Assembly (NCBI GenBank): GCA_031411295.1
Contig: JANOAV010000044.1
Location: 5,946 to 69,945 of the forward strand
Length of the DNA: 64,000 bases
Direction: 5' to 3'
DNA from: Verrucomicrobiales bacterium
Lineage (GTDB): Bacteria > Verrucomicrobiota > Verrucomicrobiia > Verrucomicrobiales > V1-33
The notes beneath the pieces are model-generated. The model did not search any database. It worked only from the letters and a program-made list of their open reading frames with translations, and was not told the origin of the DNA. Position numbers and translations under genes: made by a program. Of this stretch, positions 27,141 to 33,245 are shown in pieces (position 1 is the first letter of the stretch; each line of letters opens with the position of its first letter).

Positions 27141-28619
27141 TTGGTCTCACAAATCTACCTCGGGACGCAAGCTTTTACTGGCGAGACTGGCATGGGCCGC
27201 TATCCTCACCCTATGGATGGTCAATTCTTAACCTGCACCCGACAAACCGGGCTCACTGTTGCTTCCTACCGGATGGACCACGCGGCGGCAGCGGCTAATG
27301 GTGCGGTAGCGGTGCCAAGATTAAAGCAAAGCTACGTTTGGGGCTTGGATGTGAGCGGGACGTATCAGGGCGCGGGTGGAGCGGGTGGCTTGTTGTCCGA
27401 GACGGAGTGGAGGCAGGAGATGCAGACGGACCCCAATACCAGCATCGTGACGGAGGTGACCACTGCGTCCACGTTCATGCCTGCTTATGATGGCAATGGT
27501 AATGTGATGGCGTTGGTGGACACGGTGGGTGACATCAGTGCCACTTACGAATACGATCCCTTCGGCCGCCCGATCCGCGCCACGGGCTCCATGGCCCAGA
27601 CTAACCCCTTCCGCTTCAGCACCAAGTTCACCGATGATGAGACCGGCTTGGTGTATTACGGCTACCGGTATTACGATGCCGCGCAGGGAAGGTGGCTGGG
27701 GCGGGATCCTATCGGAGAGCGCGGGGGACCGAATTTGTTTGGAATGTGTTGGAACAATCTAATGCTGTTTATCGACGACACAGGCTTACAAGCAACCATT
27801 GCGCCCCCTCGTCAAATTACTCCTAAGCCTTGGCCGCCAGGAGTCAATCCCAGGCCAGGGTTCGGCCCGGATGGCCCAGGGAGTGGAAGCACACCTGGCA
27901 GGCCGCGTCCAAGGCCAGGCTCCGGCAGACCTCGTCCAGGTGGAGGAGGAATCGGCGGGGCCGCTGACCTGATTGAAAGATATCAAGTGATAAAGATTGT
28001 TGAGGAAGACCCGTTAGACCCGATGAATTTACCGCTCCTAGAAATCTATGGTGGAGCTCCCATCCAGCCCACGCCTGTAGAGCCTGTTGAACCAGTCGAA
28101 GAACCTGCGCCGGAACCGGGTAGTGATATCAATAAAACGCTTACAGAGGTTCAGCGTGAATCAACTAAGGACGGATGCTGTTTGATTTGGTATAACCATC
28201 AAAAAGGAGGGTCTACAGTCCACAATGATTACGCGGCCTACGTAAGTGAGTCCATGAATAGATTCTTAGGTGGGCCACTCGGGAGCAACCTTCGCTATGA
28301 GGTGGTGGTGGTTCCTAAGCTAAAAGATGTAAAGGAGAAGGGGCTGATTCCAACGCGCTACGATGGAGGAGCGAGATTTCCAGATGCCCAATGGGTCTTC
28401 GAAGCTAAGACAGGGCATGGATGGCTGGGAACTGATCCGGATAAGCCTGAGCCTTGGTGGACATTTCAATACCCCAGGCTCCTCGCCAAATCGAAAGACC
28501 AATTGAAGGTGGCAGAATCATGCAAGCTAACATTTTGGATTGCTTTTAAACACGATTTCGCTAGGAAAAGCTGGGAGCGATTGGTGGGCGATACGCATGG
28601 CAGGGTTTTTCAGCCATGA
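27141..28619 (+). CDS. RHS repeat-associated core protein with a variable C-terminal toxin domain (cassette 1), possibly a PD-(D/E)xK nuclease
   Basis: WGLDVSGTYQGAGGAGGLL, YDGNGNV, YEYDPFGRPI, FRFSTKFTDDETGLVYYGYRYYDAAQGRWLGRDPIGERGGPNLF…FIDDTGL form the RHS core ending in DxxGL. A Pro/Gly-rich linker and a ~200-aa C-terminal domain follow, with ...FPDAQWVFEAKTG (D…E-x-K). The start is uncertain: TTG at 27141, first ATG at 27192. Only about 130 aa precede the core. Confidence 0.75.
   Translation: MVSQIYLGTQAFTGETGMGRYPHPMDGQFLTCTRQTGLTVASYRMDHAAAAANGAVAVPRLKQSYVWGLDVSGTYQGAGGAGGLLSETEWRQEMQTDPNTSIVTEVTTASTFMPAYDGNGNVMALVDTVGDISATYEYDPFGRPIRATGSMAQTNPFRFSTKFTDDETGLVYYGYRYYDAAQGRWLGRDPIGERGGPNLFGMCWNNLMLFIDDTGLQATIAPPRQITPKPWPPGVNPRPGFGPDGPGSGSTPGRPRPRPGSGRPRPGGGGIGGAADLIERYQVIKIVEEDPLDPMNLPLLEIYGGAPIQPTPVEPVEPVEEPAPEPGSDINKTLTEVQRESTKDGCCLIWYNHQKGGSTVHNDYAAYVSESMNRFLGGPLGSNLRYEVVVVPKLKDVKEKGLIPTRYDGGARFPDAQWVFEAKTGHGWLGTDPDKPEPWWTFQYPRLLAKSKDQLKVAESCKLTFWIAFKHDFARKSWERLVGDTHGRVFQP
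27388..27643 (+). repeat. Conserved RHS-core DNA block, copy 1
   Basis: About 255 bp, nearly identical to 29750-30004 with only a scattering of mismatches by eye. Confidence 0.9.
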
Positions 28620-29307
28620 GTCGGGGTATAGCGAAATTACATGCGTATTAAAATATATGATAGAAACACGATTTAAGCTTAGTTTGTCCGGCGGAGAGCG
28701 TCAGATCAGTTCTTTGCACGGTTCTGAGGACGAGATTGATCGTCTGATATCGGAATTCTGTGATCAGAAACCGGTAGGAGCAGTTTGGGCGTTCCATACT
28801 CCACGCAAAATGCATTGGGGCGATAGAGGGGGGGGGCCAGAGTTAATTGAGTCAAATCCTACTGCATTGCATGAAGCGTGGCGGGTCGAAAATTTCACGG
28901 CCACAGATTTCGTTGATTTGATCGATCATTTTAGGATCTACAATGACCCCGAAGATGCTGATTTCTTCCCAGATGGATTCTGGGAGAGGATTAGGTCTGA
29001 ATTCAGAGCAGCTATGCTAAACTTGCTGCATACCCACGATTTACTTGTATTGGTGTATAGGAGAGCTTTGGGGCTGACAATGGTGCCCAGGAGATTACTA
29101 GAGCGGAAGGAGTTTATGAAGGCAGCACTTGCTTGCCATGAAATAACCAAACGCTTTTTCTGGTCTCCCTATATCCCATCCCCACGTGCGCGGCACATGT
29201 TGGACGCGATGATGATCCATCAATTCATCCATATTGGTTTCCTACATACGCCTTATTTCAAGGGCTACCGCGGAGATCCGATAAAATGGCATGTGAAAAA
29301 TGAATAA
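28597..29307 (+). CDS. Putative cognate immunity protein for cassette 1 (cytoplasmic)
   Basis: AT-rich ORF immediately after, and slightly overlapping, the toxin gene. No signal peptide. Alternative start at 28657. No family recognised; the role is assigned from position. Confidence 0.5.
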   Translation: MAGFFSHESGYSEITCVLKYMIETRFKLSLSGGERQISSLHGSEDEIDRLISEFCDQKPVGAVWAFHTPRKMHWGDRGGGPELIESNPTALHEAWRVENFTATDFVDLIDHFRIYNDPEDADFFPDGFWERIRSEFRAAMLNLLHTHDLLVLVYRRALGLTMVPRRLLERKEFMKAALACHEITKRFFWSPYIPSPRARHMLDAMMIHQFIHIGFLHTPYFKGYRGDPIKWHVKNE

Positions 29308-29323
29308 ATCAGTATAGTGGAGA

Positions 29324-29590
29324 GTGAAGGCAAGAAGGGCCAGTCTTAATACAGACTCACGTAGGTTTCAAAGTTGAATCACCCTGATTTCTACAGCCCT
29401 CTCGTTTTTGCCCCCCCTCGACACGAGCACTGGACTTGATGGCACCAAGAGTTACCTTGGCTAAAGCTTCTGCTGACTCATTTTACAGTGCATCAATGAT
29501 ATCTACTCTCAATCCCGACACGGTTCCAAGGTCCATGCCTAATTGCGGCCCTGGCGCCCTTTGGTGTTTGGATGAGAGTGGGACGTATCA
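29324..29590 (+). repeat. Cassette leader repeat, copy A
   Basis: Similar to 31570-31835, roughly 70-75% by eye. Conserved blocks are gtgaaggcaaga, gttgaatcacc, tggacttga, caagagttacctt, cttctgctgactcattttaca and gtgcatcaatga. The leader encodes FYSASM(I/T)STL(N/D)P.TVP. Confidence 0.75.
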
Positions 29591-30911
29591 GGGCGCGGGT
29601 GGAACGGCGGCTTTTTGCACGGAGGTGGAAACGCGCTGCTGCGCGTTTCTGAGAGGGGGAAGCCCAATGACGCGCAGCAGCGCGTCACCACCGCATGATC
29701 TGTTGATAATCAAAAGTTTACACCGTGCAAATATCCGCCCCAGCGCGGGCTTGTTGTCCGAGACGGAGTGGAGGCAGGAGATGCAGACGGACCCCAATAC
29801 CAGCATCGTGACGGAGGTGACTACCGCGTCCACGTTCCTGCCGGCCTATGATGGCAATGGTAATGTGATGGCGTTGGTGGACACGGTGGGTGACATCAGT
29901 GCCACTTACGAATACGATCCCTTCGGTCGCCCGATCCGCGCCACAGGACCCGCTGCGCAGACCAACCCCTTCCGCTTCAGCACCAAGTTCACCGATGATG
30001 AGACAGGGCTCTGCTATTATGGTTATCGGTATTATGATGCGACGCTAGGACGGTGGCTAGGGCGAGACCCTCTTCGGGAAAAGGGCGGGCTGAACCTGTA
30101 TAGTATTTGTCGTAATAATACCACGTCAAAAATCGATAAATTAGGATTGGAAATTGTTATGGATTGTAATTTCACGGAGCTATTCAAGGAAAAGTTCAAA
30201 CTCACATTTAAAACTGATTTTACGAACGGTTTGTATCACTATAAGGAGGCAAAGGATCCGACTGAGTCGAGAGGGTCATACGCGGAGAAGCACATACAGG
30301 CCCTCATAATTGCAAGAATGATGGCTTCGCCAACATCGTTCGCTATAGGTGACACCGACAACAAAGAGGAGCTTAAAAATCTCGGTAAACACATCCAAGT
30401 AAGGGTTCAAAGCGTGCTTAATTCTATTAACAAGAAGTTCAATTTTGGGCCGTCGAAAATTGTCCATACTGTAAAGCCCCCCCCAGATGATTTGATTAAT
30501 CCTGGAGGATACTACAATTCAATTAATAACCCAGACACTTCCTTGGGCTGCTTCGACGCTACGACAGCACTTTTTTTTGCGGCGATTGGAAGCCTCCATG
30601 ATGCGACTCAGAGGAATCACAATGACATTTGGATACCTGGTGATTGGGGTTATATCGCAAATTTAAATGCTAAAAAGGGAGCATGGGATCCCGGGCACGA
30701 AGGGGAGAATATAATCCACCACGGGATAGGTCAGGATGGGAAGAATGTTTTTTGGGGGCACTTCAATTCTGCTCTTAGTGTTGGCACCCTGGAGGAGTGG
30801 CGTGGCGAGATCAGCAGGTGGGAAAATAAGGTCGGGTTAGCAGGATCTCCAAGCGTGGATGGGCGGGTCTATTATTACCCAACAACCGGTCTTGAAAAGG
30901 CAAAATCATGA
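29436..30911 (+). CDS. RHS repeat-associated core protein with a different C-terminal toxin domain (cassette 2)
   Basis: Same core as cassette 1 (YEYDPFGRPIRATG…FRFSTKFTDDETGLCYYGYRYYDATLGRWLGRDPLREKGGLNLY…KIDKLGL). An unrelated, AT-rich C-terminal domain of about 250 aa follows. The conserved ATG at 29496 is a plausible alternative start. Confidence 0.75.
   Translation: MMAPRVTLAKASADSFYSASMISTLNPDTVPRSMPNCGPGALWCLDESGTYQGAGGTAAFCTEVETRCCAFLRGGSPMTRSSASPPHDLLIIKSLHRANIRPSAGLLSETEWRQEMQTDPNTSIVTEVTTASTFLPAYDGNGNVMALVDTVGDISATYEYDPFGRPIRATGPAAQTNPFRFSTKFTDDETGLCYYGYRYYDATLGRWLGRDPLREKGGLNLYSICRNNTTSKIDKLGLEIVMDCNFTELFKEKFKLTFKTDFTNGLYHYKEAKDPTESRGSYAEKHIQALIIARMMASPTSFAIGDTDNKEELKNLGKHIQVRVQSVLNSINKKFNFGPSKIVHTVKPPPDDLINPGGYYNSINNPDTSLGCFDATTALFFAAIGSLHDATQRNHNDIWIPGDWGYIANLNAKKGAWDPGHEGENIIHHGIGQDGKNVFWGHFNSALSVGTLEEWRGEISRWENKVGLAGSPSVDGRVYYYPTTGLEKAKS
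29614..29731. repeat. Palindromic element inside the cassette-2 ORF, within an in-frame 138-nt extra segment
   Basis: 9-bp terminal inverted repeat TTTGCACGG (29614-29622) / CCGTGCAAA (29723-29731). Two internal hairpins, GAAACGCG-ctgctg-CGCGTTTC (29628-29649) and GACGCG-cagcag-CGCGTC (29669-29686). The flanks GTYQGAGG and GLLSETEW are nearly contiguous in cassette 1. Confidence 0.7.
29750..30004 (+). repeat. Conserved RHS-core DNA block, copy 2
   Basis: Partner of 27388-27643. Confidence 0.9.
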
Positions 30912-31564
30912 AATCACAACGCAATCGCTTAGTTTTGCTTGCTCTAGCGTGTGTGTTAGCTTGTATTTATTTTAAAATAAATTTTTGCAGGCCTTTTCCA
31001 AGCCCGTCAAATGGAATAAGTCCAATTTTGCGGATCGATATCTATATGTCTGGAAAAGGCGAGGATGCATTCGTTGTAAAAGCCGACCATCGTGTTATTG
31101 AGCTAGGTATTGATGAAGTCCGTTCATTACTAAACGACCGGATTCGTGCCGCTGATTATATGGTTATATTGTTAACAAAATCCCTACTCTGTTCGCGTGC
31201 GCGATTAATAGCAAAACAACTTGGTGAGCTTCGAACTTCATTCAATGGAAAATGCTTCTACGTTGATGTGGGAGCGCTGGACAACAATGAAAGGGCAGCT
31301 TTCGTGGCCATCAAGGAGTCTGCGCAATCAAAGAACCTGCAGTATTTGGTAGGAGGAGAATCATTTTCTGATCTCGATACATTGGGCTCATATTTGGATT
31401 CTCATCAAATTACGCATTTGGCTTTATCAACTGAACCACAATCAGAATTAATATCGTTCATTCACCTAAAAGGGTATACGGTTATCAAATCTATACAAAG
31501 TGCCGACATTGATATTAAACATTACCCTGTCGAGACTAATGCGACAAATCCATTCGCGGACTGA
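30908..31564 (+). CDS. Putative cognate immunity protein for cassette 2 (signal/anchor, envelope-located)
   Basis: ATGA overlap with the toxin stop. N-terminus MKSQRNRLVLLALACVLACIYF is a signal peptide or membrane anchor. AT-rich. No family recognised. Confidence 0.55.
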   Translation: MKSQRNRLVLLALACVLACIYFKINFCRPFPSPSNGISPILRIDIYMSGKGEDAFVVKADHRVIELGIDEVRSLLNDRIRAADYMVILLTKSLLCSRARLIAKQLGELRTSFNGKCFYVDVGALDNNERAAFVAIKESAQSKNLQYLVGGESFSDLDTLGSYLDSHQITHLALSTEPQSELISFIHLKGYTVIKSIQSADIDIKHYPVETNATNPFAD

Positions 31565-31569
31565 CTGCT

Positions 31570-31835
31570 GTGAAGGCAAGACGGTCCGGTCTTAGTAAAC
31601 ACTCAAGAGGGATCGAGGTTGAATCACCGTAATTTCTATATCCCCCTCATTTTGAGCCTCTCTACATGAGCGTTGGACTTGACGGCGGCAAGAGTTACCT
31701 TTGGCCAAAACTTCTGCTGACTCATTTTACATTTTACAGTGCATCAATGACATCTACCCTCGATCCCTACACCGTTCCAACGGCCAGGCCTAGTTGCATC
31801 CGTGCCGTCCCCTGGGGTTTGATGGACGAAAGAGC
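31570..31835 (+). repeat. Cassette leader repeat, copy B (truncated third cassette)
   Basis: Homologous to 29324-29590, including the conserved ATG (31747) and the SASMTSTLDPYTVP peptide. No RHS core or toxin follows. Confidence 0.75.
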
Positions 31836-31850
31836 TACCCAAGTGGCGGA
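31666..31850 (+). pseudogene. Remnant of a third cassette: leader only, with core and toxin missing
   Basis: The ORF continues into the antisense of the DUF1552 gene without any YD/core motif. Homology to cassette 2 stops near W.L.DE. Confidence 0.5.
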
Positions 31851-31869
31851 GTCCTTCCGCCATCCTACT

Positions 31870-33240
31870 CTAAATATCGGCCAACCGTCCCGTGGAATCG
31901 CCAAAACGCTCCAAGCCGGTTACCCCCATGCGGTCCGCCATGCTGAGGAACATGTTACACGTTGGGGTGGGGGAGTGTTTGGTGTAGCGCCCAGGAGTCA
32001 GCGTGCCACCACCATGACCAGCCAGCACGAATGGCAGGTCGTTGTGGTTGTGGCGGTTAGGGTCTGCATTGCCCCCGCCGTAAACTAACATTGAGTTGTA
32101 GAGCAGCGAGTTCCCATCCGAGTCCTTGATGGCGTCCATTTTCTGGAGGATCTGCGTGAACTGCTTGGCATACCAGAGGTCGATCTGGGCTACTTTTTCC
32201 ATCAGGTCCGCTTTATTTTGATGGTGGGAAATGTCGTGGTGACCTTCGGAAACGCCGATGTCGGCAAAGGAGCGGTTGCTGCCATCATGCGCTAGCATGA
32301 ACGAGGCGACGCGCGTGGAATCCGTCTGGAAGGCGGCAATCATGAGATCGCCCATCAGTTGGATGTGGTCACCATAGTTGTCCGGCACGCCTGCGGGGAC
32401 ATCTTGGCGGGGGGAGGTGGCAGGTCCGAATTTCTCCGCCTTTTCGATGCGCAGTTCGATCTCCCGAACCCCCGTGAGGTATTGATCCAACTTGGCATTA
32501 TCATGGGGATCGAGCCGCCGCTGCATCGCGCGGGCATCCTCCAGCACGAAGTCCAAGACGGAATGCTGCTCGGCTTGGCGACGTTTCAGATTCTGGGCGC
32601 GCAACTCCGCTGGCCCGGTGCCGAAGAGACGTTCGAAGAGCAGGCGGGGGTTGACCTCGGGCGTCATGGGGGTCGTGGGCGAATTCCAGGACAGGTTGAA
32701 TTGATAGGCACAAGCGTAACCCGAGTCGCAGGCTCCAGCCTTGCGGACCGCATCACAGCTCATTTCCAGCGATGAGTGACGCGTGAGATGACCCACTTGG
32801 CGGGCCATCACTTGATCGATCGAGACGCCTGCCTGAATATCGGTGGCGCTCTTTTTCACGCGCACTCCGGTGAGAAACGTGCCCACGCCACGGGCGTGAT
32901 CGCCAGCGCCATCCGGGCCGCCCTCTCCGTTGAGATTTTCCATGCCGCCCATGATTTGCACGTGGCTGCGCAGTTCCTCCAAGGGCTTCAACGTGGGGCT
33001 CGCCACGTAGTCGGAGCCGGGTTTTTCCGGCCACCAGTAAGACGGGATGGAGCCGTTCGGGAAAAAGAAAAAGGCCGAGCGCAGCGGGGCCCCGGTGCGA
33101 GTTACGGCCAGTCGTGTGGCCTCTGCTTGGGCCAGCAATTTCATGCCGCCCAGCGACTCAAATGTGGGCACGGAAATCAACGCGCCCAGCCCACGCAGGA
33201 AATGGCGACGTCCGAGGGGAGAGAATTGGGAGGATTTCAT
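31870..33240 (-). CDS. DUF1552-family protein with a Tat-type signal
   Basis: RRHFLRGLGALISVP N-terminus. FFFFPNGSIPSYWWP, GDHARGVGTFLTG and SIDQVMARQVG match my recollection of DUF1552 proteins, which pair with DUF1592-type proteins in PVC genomes. Confidence 0.75.
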   Translation of the reverse strand: MKSSQFSPLGRRHFLRGLGALISVPTFESLGGMKLLAQAEATRLAVTRTGAPLRSAFFFFPNGSIPSYWWPEKPGSDYVASPTLKPLEELRSHVQIMGGMENLNGEGGPDGAGDHARGVGTFLTGVRVKKSATDIQAGVSIDQVMARQVGHLTRHSSLEMSCDAVRKAGACDSGYACAYQFNLSWNSPTTPMTPEVNPRLLFERLFGTGPAELRAQNLKRRQAEQHSVLDFVLEDARAMQRRLDPHDNAKLDQYLTGVREIELRIEKAEKFGPATSPRQDVPAGVPDNYGDHIQLMGDLMIAAFQTDSTRVASFMLAHDGSNRSFADIGVSEGHHDISHHQNKADLMEKVAQIDLWYAKQFTQILQKMDAIKDSDGNSLLYNSMLVYGGGNADPNRHNHNDLPFVLAGHGGGTLTPGRYTKHSPTPTCNMFLSMADRMGVTGLERFGDSTGRLADI

Positions 33241-33245
33241 AAATG

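Noticed and set aside
28616-28651. An ATG forming an ATGA overlap with the cassette-1 toxin stop, which looked like the immunity gene start.
   Set aside because: That frame terminates after 11 codons. The long downstream ORF is in another frame, with starts at 28597 or 28657.
31851-32088. The 3' part of ORF 31666-32088.
   Set aside because: It runs antisense through the end of the DUF1552 gene and carries no RHS motifs. Only the leader-homologous 5' part is meaningful.
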